Shown: piece by piece, positions 38,180 to 51,636 of the stretch
Position numbering within the stretch: the first letter of the stretch is position 1
Layout of the letters: every line of letters starts with the position of its first letter
Assembly (NCBI GenBank): GCA_963924565.1
Contig: OZ004607.1
Coordinates: 24,862,001-24,926,000, forward strand
Reading direction: 5' to 3'
Length of the DNA: 64,000 bases
Source: Ascidiella aspersa
Lineage: Eukaryota
Program-made: the position numbers and the translations under genes
Notes under the pieces: generated by a model
What the model saw: the letters and a program-made list of their open reading frames with translations, nothing else
Told to the model about the DNA's origin: nothing
The model's database searches: none

Positions 38180-39518
38180 GTTAAAAGTGTTTGTTTAAAG
38201 GCTTGTTTAATGCAGTTTACCTATATTCTATGAAACCAAAACAAAAAAGGTTGTAGTTACGCATTTTAAAAACATAAATTAATTGAAAATCATAGTTTAT
38301 AAAAAAATAAAAATGTTAACAAAGCGCCAGAATACTAGGTAACTTTTGCGAAAACAAAACAAAAAATAAATCTGATTGCTTGTTAACTTGAAATCTGATT
38401 GCTTGTTAACTTGAAATTCTTATAAATTTTTTTTTACGTTTTGTTAACCATTACGTTCCACAAAAATCAAATGTAAATGCACCGCAACTCATTTTAGCAA
38501 ACGTTCAGCCTAAATATTGTTCCTAGACCTACATAAAGACGGTTGACAATACATCTCTCGGCGATACGACCCTTACAAAGCTTGTAACACCACTTCCCCA
38601 GACTAAAACTTAAAACAAGACTGCTACTGTTAAAACCAACAACATTTATATTTAAACTGTTGTTCAACAATTTCTTAGTAATCCAAAATCGTACTGTCTA
38701 CCCGTTTAGGAAATGCTACCCAGCAAAATCGAGAATGGTTAACCTCTAAGTGCTGCAATCGCGCTGATAGCGCTTGTGATGCATCACCTCGGCGTGACTC
38801 TTCACTAGCTTGGCACATACGTCTACATTTACCTCGTATACCCTTACTGATTCACCCCTATGTAGCCGCATTCTACGCACCCACCTGCGTAAGTTCCAAA
38901 CAAACCAGCCGTCTTGCCTCTCCCGCAATGTACCTGAGGGTACAACTCTTTGACCAAATGTTGACGCAAACAATACGAAGCCCGTGTCATAGCGCAATGC
39001 ACAACAGGATTTTGTCATACTACTAAAGGCAGTTAATAAAGTTCCAACCGCCGCGCTTAGTTCATAACACGGGCCAGGTTCTGGAAGTGTCATTCAAGTC
39101 GAGCGCGAGCGTTTGATCATTAACGACGTTTTGTTGTTGATGGCCGACGCACGTTGGCCACTGTTCGGATACGACCCGACGTTATGCTTCCATCCGATAA
39201 CAAGGCGTGTCTGTGTTGCCTTTGTCCACCTGTGGTGCTGCAACCCTGTGAGAGGTCGATGTGACACGGAAGCACAGGTCATCGCCATGCTACATCCTTA
39301 CTACTTTAAAGGAAACCGTAACCTGTTGTCGCAATACGGAATTGTGACGCTCGCGCATGGCCCATTTTGTGTGAAACGAACGAGTCATTCAGACGATGTT
39401 TATTTCCGTCACACTAGATATGACTAGCCTTGGCGGTAGTTATTCGAGTGCATGTTTCCCGACACATTCTAATTTTAACAATCTTTGTATATGGCCGTAT
39501 TTGTCTAAATCTAAATAG

Positions 39519-39648
39519 AGAAATCAGGTGGAACTGTATAAAGACAAATTGTATTTGATTCTCGTGCTTTGCTTGATGAAGCACGGTTGTGCGAAAGCTT
39601 GTCGAGAATCAAATACAATTTGTCTTTATACAGTGCCACCTGATTTCT
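39519..39648 (+). mobile_element. Second fold-back insert (46-bp arms) with a variant hammerhead core in the loop; probable Penelope-like remnant
   Basis: Arms 39519-39564 and 39603-39648 (one mismatch). The loop contains TTGATGA-A-GCAC(GGTT)GTGC-GAA-AGCT-T. Confidence 0.55.
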
Positions 39649-42023
39649 TTAATTTTACCAAGGCTACTGGTTTTTATTACTAGTCTAATGAGATGTTTAA
39701 TTAACGACAAATGTCAAACAAAAACCTTATTTTAAGCAATCTATTTCGAAGATTTTAAGTACCAAAGGTCCAAAGCACTAAACCAACAAATGGTATGCAC
39801 AACATGAGTTACCGGTATATAAACAATCATGCATAGAAAAATAGACTTGCGGCGAAGGCGCGAATATATATTTTTAATGGATCAAAAGATTTTTTGTGAA
39901 ATTCATTTTAGTTTTTAAATATAATGAAATTCTGGGAATATTATAATAACTAATAACCGATTTTAAAAACTTACCGATAAGCGTTTCCTAACGAAGACAA
40001 CGATTTAAAATATGTGTATTTCCTGCCCAAAACGCGATCTAACACACACAAATTAGGTGAAAATATAGAGATTGGTAAGCGTTGACACAACAAATAGATA
40101 CTTTAGAACCGTGATATCGTATCAACATCCTGTTTTATAGGCATCCCAGACGGAAATAAGTTTGTTGTTGTTTGTATTGTCTCTTACCAACAACAAAAAC
40201 GTCGAACAAGTTACGGTACTAGAAGCAAAATATTTATGTTTCTATACCTGTAACTACACTAAGCATTCCTTAATACTGGGAACACACAGTAAGACCTACA
40301 AAGAAACAATATCTAATACCTGTCTGGTATCGGCCGTATACAGTGTCGACGTTTGGGCGCCCAAGTTTGACCAACGCCGTTGGAGTGCAGCTGTTTTGGC
40401 ACCGGGTTATTTGCCCCTGTTTGGGGTTATGGGCGGGTAACTGATGGGGTAAAATTGGTTTAGGGTTGAAATTTTTGGGGAGTTAGTAATAAATCAGGGA
40501 CGGGGTTAGCTAAAATATACGCACAGTCCCGAACTTTAGTCCCTTTAAAATGTTGTTTGCAAAAAAGAAAAAAACACCTTGTAGTGTGCTTAAGTTTATA
40601 GCCTAATTTAAGACAGTATTTCCAATTGAACGTGTTGTCGCACGCCGAACTACTACAAGCTATATTTATAAAATACAATTTTAATAGGAACTTGTCAAGG
40701 AACATTATTTTTAAACAATTTACACATTTTAAACAGCTTTATTTCAGAGAATCTATGGTTTAACAAACTCTAGGGGTCTTGAGTGCAAGAAATTTTAGGG
40801 TATATATATATTGATTTAAATACATTACACCGTCCAATAAACTTTGGACAATGTGGTCGTGTCATAGCTGCATTTACGGTCTTAGAAAGTATGCTATTTT
40901 GGCAATGGATATTTTGCTTGTCCACTAAATATCTTACAGCGAGAAAACAAACAGAAACGCAAGTCTATTTCCTCCATAAACAAAATTGATATATATATTT
41001 AATACCCGAAAAGACTCGCCACTCGAGGCATCGCGACAATCTCTCTGGCTACCAGGTTTCGGCGGTCCTGCATGCGCTCTAATCTAACAATGTGGTTTTA
41101 TTTTGATTCCGTAATTCTATTCCAGTTAAAATTAACATCTGTTCTATTAAAAATACTCTCTTCTCGGACATAAAACGATATAAAACAAAATTTGCATTCC
41201 ATAAACAACAGCAGTGTCCTGTTAGCCTCCTGTGGTAGTTAATACAGGTCAGAAACGTCACAAGGAAACAGATTTTCAATTGCTGACAACAATGTTACTA
41301 TATTTAACAGGGGACTGGAAAATATGTAATGTATATTGCCCAGTTTGCTATATTTTCTTGACGGAAGTCTGTCCTACGCCGAGCGTTAAACAATAACGGA
41401 AGAAGGTGATAAATTCTTCGGTGGCTTGACGCCAAATTTAGTTTACTCTCATCGCTCAAGGGTCGCACGTTGCAACCTGTTTTGAACATCCGTCACTTTA
41501 CTGCGTATTTTAACAACAACAGCCCCTTAACGGGTGCCTTGTCCGACCTCAATGTGATCCGGAAATAGCAGCGGTTTCGTTTTCTAATAAAAACCGAACT
41601 GTAACCACAACAGGATACACGCACAGGCAAGATGGAAGAAAATCGAAACCTCCTTAATTCTGCTCGGACAACCTTCCTGGCGAAAATCCACATAGTGACT
41701 ACTCTTCAACAACAAACGCGCGGGTATTTATCTGCGGTCGCCCGCGCTGCGGCACACCAGCAAACCTTGTAAAACAAATTAGGGGCGAAATCTCGAGGGC
41801 CGAACACGACTGTAGACGACTACGGCTGAATTGGCAACCACCTTGCTTTCGGATTTAGCCATGGAAAATAGACGGGCGCACAATCGCGTCATGCTATCAC
41901 GCTGAGACGCAACATGTAACGTAAACAGTCCCGTTCAACTTTCGTTATTTGTCTCACCTATTAAAAAGCTTTCTGCAACTTACTGCGTATGAGCTGGCAT
42001 TAGACTCATCATAACTCTATGGG

Positions 42024-42441
42024 CAGGGTTACCATTTGCTAAGACCAAACAATAAGCACGCTACTACGAAAAATAAGCACGTTTTTGATAACTTGGGGCG
42101 GATCCAGGAATTGTTGGGGGGAGGCACCCAAATACAATATTGTCAAAAAGACTTGTTGTTCTCTGCCCCAAATGAACCTTAAAGCAGTATAATCGCACAA
42201 AGCTAAAAAAATAGTTTATTTGGTTGAATTTGCGAAACTTCCGTGACGTATGTGGCCAGGGCTTACCAAACTTGCATAGTAAACAGTATATTGAGATTTA
42301 ATGAATTTTAAAATAAGACAAACTAAGCACACAACTCAAAAATAAGCACGTTTCTTAGAAATAAGCACATTGGCATTTTCTAAGACACTGCAATCAAAAA
42401 TAAGCACAAATCTTAGAAATAATCACGGTATGGCAAACCTG
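42024..42441. mobile_element. hAT-type MITE with AAATAAGCAC subterminal repeats
   Basis: TIRs CAGGGTTACCAT / ATGGCAAACCTG; degenerate 8-bp TSD TCTATGGG / TCTATAGA. Confidence 0.6.
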
Positions 42442-45357
42442 TCTATAGAGGTAATGTGACAGATTGTTCCCCGTTTAAAATAATTCGACTGATGCCGCTT
42501 GTTATTATTTTGTCTTGACCTAAGTTACTATCACACATTAGGAATATAAAAGACATAAACTAGACCTTGGTAACACCATTTTTTTAATTTGCAGGAGAAC
42601 CTATTTTGTTTAATAACAATTTAAATTAGTAATATTTTTGTATTCTCGATTTTGAGTAGAAATTGTTTAAGACGCTTTATGAAGCCGAATAACGTACGCA
42701 AAGGAAAGTAACAGTTTATCTTCAATGTTCTTTTACTAATTTCGTGCATTGATTGTTGACAACTAGCTTTAAATCGGTCTTGCTGTCGATGAACATGATT
42801 AGAACACACAATTTTGGGCCTATTAGTGTACGACGGGCGAAATGGCTAGCCATAAGGTGCGTGCAGTAGTCGACAACGGCAATTTGCTTCGTCTTTGTGT
42901 TACAGCGTTTAGATTTAACGTGATAAGGCCACGCTCGGCACTCTAATGTGCAACTATGACAGTCAACAACAGGTGGAACTAATGCAGACGAGAGCAAACC
43001 AAGATTCGAGTGCAGTCTCCATATGTTACCCGGCGTAACTGACATACGCTGCGTTGGCGACCGCCGACTTTATCAGATTAATGATACGGTTTTACATACA
43101 AAACGTTCAATATCAAATCCAAGATTTGGAGATACAATCTATACGCGCCCATTACCGCGGTGCAAAATGACGGACACTGTCGGCAGCTTTAAAAGTGATA
43201 TTTATCAACCACATTTGCAAGTTCAACAAATCAAGTCATTGGATCGTCGAATCATTATTTTAAATAGCCTACCATATTTTTCAAGGATCTTGACTGAAAT
43301 CGGCACGATTGCAACAACATATAATGATATTAAGTTCACAAAACACATTTTTTTAATGTGAATGCCTCGTTGTCTGTCAACTGATATAATTAATATGATG
43401 CTTTTTTTGGAGCTGACCGTAATGTTTGTGTTTTCACAGTGTTTGCATGTTACATTGACCCTCTGTAAACATTAAATTTTGTTTAATGCGACAAACTACA
43501 GTAAATCTCCATAGTAGTATATACATTTGATTCATTCCAGGTGTTAGGATGTAAAGCCTGTGAGCCGTTACTTCCATGGTGTGGCGTAAGCTTGCCATAC
43601 GTCCCGGTTCAGCCGGGACAGTACCGGTTTTAAAGCCTTGTCCCGTGTCCCGCTCGGTTAACCAATTTGTCCCGTATTTTTTCCTTTTAGATTTACAAAA
43701 AAAATGGAAAAAGGTAAAAACTCTTGAGTTAGCTATTTAGCAATTCTTTCTCAAAACTAAGTAATACTTTTTACTTTTACTTTTTGGAAGGGCTGTTAAG
43801 CAAATTGTTTTTAACTTAAATTAATTATTTTTCAGCGGGGTGTTAAGAAATATTTTTCTGGGGATGAGGTTGCTGGGGCTAATTTAAATGGATATTATCC
43901 GGCGGGTGCTGGAAATATTTTTTCGAGGAAGGTAAGCGATCGCCGTCCCAAACCGGTCACCGTTAAGCAATTTTTATTTTCAAGGATTTTTTTCACGTAT
44001 GACGCAGTTTAGTGCTGGTATTATTTGCTTGAATATTACGCAAGTCTAAACAATTGCTGTTACAACTTGAAGTTTAACGTTTGTTAGTATTTCTGGATCG
44101 ATAAATGTCGCGGGTTTTCAGCATTAAAAATCAAATTGAAGTCATAACATACTGATTGCATTAATAGAAATAAGTTTTAATGTTTCCAACTGAAGACTTA
44201 TATGTTTAAAAACTTCTTGATGTCTGACGCAGTATAGTACCAGGATTACATATTTGCTGAATATCACGCAATGCGAAGAAACGGCTGCTATACAACTTAA
44301 GGTTTTACGTTAGTGAGTGGTTCCCTATCGATATATGTCACTGGTTTTCGTTACGTAAAAGATGTTTGACGTGCTTAGCCGTTGGGTATTTAGTCGTTTC
44401 ATTTTCAAAGTACACGTTATTTGTAATTTTGTTTCAACAAAATGTGAAATATTAGTTTGCGAAGACGAACAATTAGATATTTCACAGTTACGCAGATAAA
44501 TGCAATAATATATAACACACCACTGATTAAATGCTGCTTCCACACAGGCTAAAGAATGTGATAACCCATTTCAGGCACAATAAGCAAAAAATAGTCAAGG
44601 ATCGACCAACACATATGCTGTATAACAATTAACGTTTAGAGAAATTAAAATGTTTTATTTAGAAAAATTAAAATGTTTACTACTTTACACACTAGTTAGC
44701 ACTAAGCCAGGATGTTACGTTATCCGTAATATTACTTTTCAGTAACATGGTAAATTACCTTTTTAAATCATTGGCAATAATACGCGGCTCAAGTTGACGC
44801 AGAGTAGCCTACAACATAATATGTAATAGTTTTAAGAGGCCAGCTTGATGGAATCTTACATTTTGTTTAACTTATGCTTGAGAATGATTTTGTCCGGGAA
44901 GAATTTGTTATGGACACAGCGCCTTTGCCAACATGTACGGCCTAGTATTGCTGCTGCTTTCACGAGGGCCGCATCCTACTTTAATTGTAGAAAGTATTTA
45001 CCCGACTCATTAAATTCACAACACAGAACATTGCTTTCGGTTACAATTTAAATTGCTTAGACAAACCACCCTTAAAAATAGGGCCCTGAAAAATACCTCC
45101 TGACAAAATATAAAACAACCGCAACCCCGTTAAGTTAATTATTTGCATTAAATTGCTTTTTATTAGGTCTACATTAAGTTTATTTGTAGTTTTCAGTGTG
45201 CGTACCGGATTTACGTTTCTAAAAAATAGCAAGTGTAGTCTGGCATATATTTAAAGCCTTAGTCTGGCATATATTTAAAGCTTAGTTCAACTTACAAAAT
45301 ATATTTAAATATGATTTTGAATATTCTGCTATATGGCACCTTAAGTATAGTTTAGTT

Positions 45358-45949
45358 CAGAGTTTCCCTAACTGTGGTCCGCGGACCATTGGTGGACGAC
45401 TGCACAGGTGGTCCGTGGCGATATGACAAGAATTAAAAAGTCACACATAATTTAATGATTTCGAAAGCTTTTGCTATTCAGTATCGTAAATCTTGCCTTC
45501 GCCCTTCGTTGTAGTAAAAAAGTTGTTTACGAAAAATTTTCCTGTTCCTCGTCTATGACGTAATAATATATTTTTTATTGCAATTCGGAATTTGCTGTTT
45601 TGTTGAGAGTAAAGCGAAGATTAGTGAGTAAAAAAGCTTTTGGCTTTCCTGCAAGCGCACAATGCTGACTTGGCTTCACTAGTAGGTAGTATCCGATGAA
45701 ATTTGGCTTGGAAAACTTGCATACCTGGCAGACATTTTTAACCTTCTTAACCAAATGAACTTGTCACTTCAGCGAAGTGATGCGAACATTTTACTTACTT
45801 AAAACAACAAAACAACAGCATTCATAAAGATACTTAACATAGGGAAAACAAGAATAAATGATAATGTTGTGGAAATGTTTTCTGTTGTATGTGATTTTGT
45901 GCTTTGTTAACAGATTCGTCAGTGGTCAAAAATAGTTTGGGAAACCCTG
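45358..45949 (+). mobile_element. Internally deleted hAT (Charlie/Buster-type) element with a transposase remnant
   Basis: TIRs CAGAGTTTCCC / GGGAAACCCTG; perfect TSD GTTTAGTT. About 45700-45890 encodes WLGKLAYLADIFNLLNQMNLSLQ...AFIKIL, typical of ZBED5/SCAND3-like transposases. Confidence 0.85.
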
Positions 45950-46950
45950 GTTTAGTTAATAGCAGATTTGAAACTTATAAATCTAATAGTGATTATAATG
46001 ACTGAACAGTAGACTAACTAAATTATTAAATAGTTTGCAGTTATACGCGAATGTTTTGTCTTCTGTACATTCCGACTCAAGACCGAGTCGGAAAACACCC
46101 ATAGTCAACCATAGCACACCATTATCTGCTGAATTCTGTTTTCAAGAGCGAATTTATTTAAAAGGAAATCTATACTTTACCATCTCAAATCACTAAAACA
46201 CACATGAGTACAACTGTGACCCGCATCTTATACTCATGATTTATGTTTAACAGTAAATTTACAGGCAAACGCAATTTAATTTTAAATAGAAAAACTTTTC
46301 TAAAAGCAAATTAAATCAAAATAACAATTGTTTTAGGAAGTATTATTAAGAACAGGTTTTATGTGTACTGTTAGTAAGTAACCAATTATGATAACATGTA
46401 TGTTTTTTTGCAACTCGCGTAAGATTATAATGTAGCCTAATTAAATTAAATTCAGCTGCATGCTTCCGGGTCTCAAAAGTATGTTAAATAAGGCACGTCC
46501 GTGGAAAGCCGTGATAAAAGTCAGACACGACAGACAAACGTCCACAGTTTAACAGCGTCCCATAAGTTTCATTTAATACCGAGCCTCTATAAAAATATGG
46601 GCCAGTTTTTAATATTGTAATGACTTCAATGACTGACTTGAATTGCCATTAGTTGTTTTTGGTCAAATGACTTTTGACTTGACAAGTCATTCAGGCAAAT
46701 TAAATTACTTGGTCGTTGAGTCGAATTACTTGGGGGTAAAATTGAATGTTTTCGTTTAACATTGTTATTAAGTTATTGTATTTATCTCTATTGTAGGAGC
46801 CAGAGCAGTGCACACGTCAGCTTGTATTTTCGAATGACCGAGCGAGTGACCGCTCGGAAAGAGCACGATAGAAAGACGTGTCGCGTGTAGCATGTCGCGT
46901 AACACATATAATAAAAGGATACGCTACAAAACCCCCCACCAGTGCGTTAG

Positions 46951-49900
46951 TCACGTTCGGTAACGAGCAGGCACAGTAATAACACGACCACGTCGAGTTA
47001 ACCTCGGTCGAATGGGAAAAGAGGGTTGCGGTGGTATGCATGGAATATCGGGACGTTGCGGTAAACATTGGGTAAAAGTGGGGCGAGTATTTTCCATGTT
47101 TAATAAATCATTATCAGTGTAAGCCGGTTTAAGTCGGTCAATCGAAACAGTATCTACACGGCCATTAGCATTAATTTTGAAAAATTTACTGTTTCTTTCT
47201 ATAACGTTAAACGGGCCGTCGTAAGGACACTGTAAGGGTGATCTATGACAGTCACGACGCACGAAAACAAATTTACACGTTTGAAGTATACGCGGTACAC
47301 TACTATGCGATTGTCAGTGTCGTGATGTCGCAATGGCGCGAACGTTCTCCATTGATTTAGACAGGAATGTTGTTACCTCCGCTGTGGTTGTAGTGGTGCC
47401 GTGTGACGGTGGTGAGAAAAACTCCCCTGGTAACCGCAGTGTCGTGCCGTACACCAGCTCTGCGGCAGAACAACCGATGTCTTCCTTCGGGGCCGTGCGA
47501 ATGCCGAGCATGACTGCAGGAAGTTGGTCCACCCATAGTGGTTGTTGTCCAATCGGGCTTTGAGTGCTGCTTTGTTTGCCGGTGGAGTCTTTCCACTATT
47601 CCATTGGATTGCGGGTGGTAAGCGGTGGTTCTTTGGCGATGGGAACCTAAGAGGGAGTTTAGGTTTGCCCATAGGTTAGACTCGAATTGACGGCCTCTGT
47701 CGGAAGTTATGGACTGTGGTGTACCGAAACGAGATACCCACGACAGCAAAGCCCTGGCACACGACTCTGACGTAGCATCCACCATCGGGATCGCCTCCGG
47801 CCACCTAGTGAAACGATCTATAGAAGTAAATATGTAAGAGTAACCCTGCGACATCGGAAGCGGTCCGACGATGTCCACATGAATTTCTGCAAACCTTTTG
47901 TCGGGAAGCGTAAATGAACCAAGCTGTGACAATGTATGGCGGTGAATTTTCGCCCGCTGGCATTGTAAACACGTGCGAGCCCACAGCCCAACATCTTTGT
48001 TTAAGCTATGCCAAATGAAACGATCGGAAACTAGTTTACGAGACGCGCGAATACCTGGATGTGAAAGGTTGTGTAGTACATCAAAGACAATGCGCCGAAA
48101 TGCTAGTGGCACAACGGGTCTGGGATAACCTTTGGAAACGTCGCATAAAATAGTATCGCTAGATCCAATGAGCGGAAGGTCCTGAAATTTAAGTGACGTT
48201 ACAGCTGTTCGGTATGCACGAATGTCACGATTACCTTTTTGTGCTCTAGCCAAAGCGGCAAAATCTATCGCAGGAGACATCGTTGAATTTATAGCAACGC
48301 GAGATAATGCATCTCCGGCAGAATTGTGAGTGCCCTTAATATGTCGAATATCCGTTGTAAACTCTGAAATGAAAGACAAGTGACGAACCTGGCGTGGAGA
48401 AAGTTCGTTGGAGTTTCTGTCGAACGCATGACTTAATGGCTTTTGGTCAGTGAGCACTGAAAATTGTCGTCCTTCTACAAAGTATCGAAAATGCCGAACG
48501 GCCAAATATACTGCGAGAAGTTCGCGGTCGAACGCACTGTACCTGGTTTCGGCGGGTTTTAGTTTTTTGGAAAAGAATGCAATCGGTTGCCACTTGCCAT
48601 CGAGGTATTGTTCGAGAGATGCGCCCACAGCAACTGCAGAAGCATCTGTTGTTATTCGTGTTGCCGCATCAGGTTTGGGATGTACCAGCATCGTTGCTTT
48701 GGCAAGTGCGTGTTTTGATGCTAGAAAAGCAGTTGTACAGTCGTTGTTCCATACGAAATCGTTGGTTTGCCCACCCAGGGCAAGGTGAAGTGGGTGGAGA
48801 ATTGTTGCTGCTCCTGGGATGAACCTATGGTAAAAGTTTAAAAGTCCCAAATACTCACGAAGGCCTTTCTTGGATGTCGGTTGCGGGAAATTCTTAACAG
48901 CTTCAACTCTTCCGGCAAGTGGCGCGATTCCTTCAGTTGAAATGCGGTGTCCTAGAAATTCAAGCTCCGAAGTACCGAACTCGCATTTGTCTGGATTCAC
49001 GACAATGCCGAATTTCGCAAGCCTTTGAAACAATTGACGCAAGTGCCGTCGGTGTGCACTTTTGGTCGGACTGAACACAAGAATGTCATCTAGATATACA
49101 AAGATAAAATCCAGCCCTCTACATACCTCATCCATGAAACGTTGAAATGTCTGGGCTGCATTGCACAACCCGAATGGCATACGTGTGTACTCAAAAAGGC
49201 CGAACGGCGTAATAATGGCGGTCTTTGGTACATCTTCTGCTGCTACTGGAATGTGGTGATAGGCACGGATGAGGTCTATTTTGCTAAAGATTTTCGCTTC
49301 GTTTAAGTTAGCAGATGAGTCCTGTATAAGAGGAATCGGATATCGATCAGGAATAGTTCGACTGTTTAGATTCCTATAATCGCCACATGGCCTCCATTTG
49401 CCGGACTTTTTGCAAACCATGTGCAAAGGCGAAGCCCATGTACTAGACGAACGGCGCACGATTCCTAAGTCTAGAAGGTTTTGGAATTCCGCTTTAGCGA
49501 TTTTCATCTTTTCAGGAGAGAGTCGACGTGCCTTTGTATGTACTGGGGGACCATTAGTTACGATGTGATGCTTAATATTGTGTTTCAAAGAAACGTCATT
49601 GTAAACCGCGCTTTGAATAGAAGGAAACTCTTTAAACAGTGTTCCAAATTCATTTGTGGCATGGGTTAATGCTACCAAACCAAAAGAAGATGAGTGGGAA
49701 ACACCAGCGGAAACACAGTTAAATGTTTTAGCATCAATAAGTCGATTTTTACCAAGGTCGATTAGTATTCCGTTATGTCGAAAAAAATCTGCGCCGAGAA
49801 TCGGTTGCGTGACTTCGGCTATAATAAAAGACCATACATACTTTTTGCTGAGCCCGATGTCTAGGTTGATCGACCGCGTACCAAATGTTGCGATGGTGCT

Positions 49901-50092
49901 TCCGTTTGCTGCAACGAGTTCCAGCTTTCTTTTACAACTGTTGCGATCCATTCTTGTGGCAGGAACAACACTAATCGCAGCACCGGAGTCCACGAGGTAC
50001 CTTTGTCCAGTGGTGCGGTCATTAACGTGAAGAAGGCGGCGAGAACAACCAGCGGCACTAGCCGCCATTAGTGGCTGGTTGAGGCGTTTCCC
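46951..50092 (-). pseudogene. Gypsy pol (protease, RT, RNase H, integrase); open through the integrase core, with frameshifts near 47570 and 47315
   Basis: [29 protein letters not shown]...RELLA, HX4H...CX2[23 protein letters not shown]; C-terminal integrase pieces lie in other frames (47314-47532, 46951-47262). Confidence 0.9.
50035..50092 (-). promoter_or_regulatory. Programmed -1 ribosomal frameshift signal (slippery heptamer plus pseudoknot)
   Basis: G_GGA_AAC at 50092-50086 in the gag frame, pol in the -1 frame, followed by a stem-loop whose loop GGCGGC complements downstream GCCGCC. Confidence 0.7.
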
Positions 50093-50716
50093 TTGTACTC
50101 GCAGGGAGAAACGCACTTTTGTGCTTTAGGACCGAATCGCCTGTGGTACCAGCACAGTCGAGCGTCGTGCAGGTTTCTTGTTTGCGGCGTATTGCGCTTC
50201 AGAATTGCAATTTCTTTTTGCAGTTGATTGACTTGGGCCAAAATGGGTGACGTGTCCATCAGGTCAATCATGTTGTCGGCTTTCTGCGCCAAAGCTGATA
50301 ATTCCAGATCAAGTGTGGCCAAAACTACTCGCAAATTGCCTGGTAATCGTTGAAGAAAAAGTTCGCGAAGCAAATTTTTCGAATCTTCTTCGCCCATAAG
50401 ATGTTGCATTTACATTTCTGAAGGCTTGTGATCGCCGAGGTCTTCATGTCGAAGAAGTTTCTGTAAGCGTTGGTGCTTGGTCATCGAAACCCTGCGGATG
50501 AGTGCACATTTTAACTGCGCGTAAGGATCCGCGTCATCTGGGTTTTTTATAATGTCCCGCACAACGGCGGCGATTTCGGGTGACACTGCTGCTACCACAT
50601 GATGGTACTTTGTTTTCGATAGTGTCACGCCTTTCACACTGAATTGTGCTTCTACTTGTAAAAACCATAGTTCGGCGTCTTGTGGCCAGAATGGCGGAAT
50701 TTTAACAGCAACGGCT
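50068..50716 (-). pseudogene. Gypsy gag, start deleted and interrupted by a stop at about 50410
   Basis: AVAVKIPPFWPQDAELWFLQVEAQF...LGDHKPSEM*...LFLQRLP...[18 protein letters not shown]. Confidence 0.85.
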
Positions 50717-50959
50717 AAAAGAGCACGATAGAAAGACGTGTCGCGTGTAGCATGTCGCGTAACACATATAATAAAAGGATACGCTACACTATAAACAAAT
50801 TTAATAGTTTAAGGTTCATTTTTATAAGGAAGTCGAACTGGAACTTTATGAACCGGTTTTGGGTCATTTTTTTCCTAACCTTAACCGTTTTTAGCAAGAT
50901 TTTAAGGAGTCGAGCCAGAACGAAACCGAATAATTTGAAAGAACATGAATACCTTAACC

Positions 50960-51636
50960 CAGGGTTTCCCAAACTTTTTTGGACCACGGATCACTATTTT
51001 GTAAATGCGCGGACCGCTATACAAAGCAAAAACTAAATATAAAGCCAAATTTCATATATTTACAAAACTGATAACATCAATGGGAGTCCACACGTCGTTA
51101 CTTATATTGAAAAGTGTAATAAAACCACTTTAGGAAAACACGAAAACCTTAATAGTTAATCTAGTTCAGTGTTTGTTAATTTTCGGCATTTCTTTCAAAT
51201 TTATTCCGGCATTTCTTTCAAATTTCTTGCAAGTTTGTATTACATTTCAAATGTATGTCCAATATGTTTTAATACGTTTTTCGTCTGTACTCGACGCACT
51301 TTGGCACTTGGCAGTTAGTCAGTCTTAGACAGCGCAAGAAGCGCTAATCTAGTTTAAATGACAGCGGTATAAAGATTGTTAACGCAAAGCGCGAAACATT
51401 TTCGCACTTACTTAGTTAGAATAGTCAAAAAGTATGAGAATTAATGGACTCGTGTCCAGTTGTCAAAGAGGCTGCGGATCGGATAAATTACATTCACAGG
51501 CCAGATCCTAGGTTGTCGACCTCTGCTGTACAACGTATATGCGTAACTTTTTAATTTCTTGTCATATCGCCACGGACCACCTGTGCAGTCGTCGCGGACC
51601 ACCAATAGTCCGCGGACCACAGTTTGGAAAACCCTG
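50960..51636 (-). mobile_element. hAT (Charlie-type) MITE, same family as 45358-45949 but inverted, nested in an older AACCGG-rich element (about 50830-52060)
   Basis: TIRs CAGGGTTTCCCAAACT / AGTTTGGAAAACCCTG; perfect TSD CCTTAACC; shares GGTCCGCGGACC...GGTCCGTGGCGATATGACAAG. Confidence 0.85.

Larger units (their letters stand above)
46792..50788 (-). mobile_element. Ty3/Gypsy LTR retrotransposon, CsRn1/Kabuki clade, defective
   Basis: 3' LTR 46792-46928 (TG...CA) preceded by a PPT GGTGGGGGG; truncated 5' LTR about 50718-50788; 4-bp TSD CTAT; gag with CX2HX9CX3C; pol order PR-RT-RH-IN. Confidence 0.95.

Noticed and set aside
38746-39427. Several 60-115 aa ORFs upstream of the 7TM gene
   Set aside because: No motifs; more likely 5'UTR or enhancer sequence of higher GC content.
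45358-51636. Composite transposon formed by two inverted Charlie-type elements around the Gypsy copy
   Set aside because: Each element has its own different perfect TSD (GTTTAGTT, CCTTAACC), so they inserted independently.
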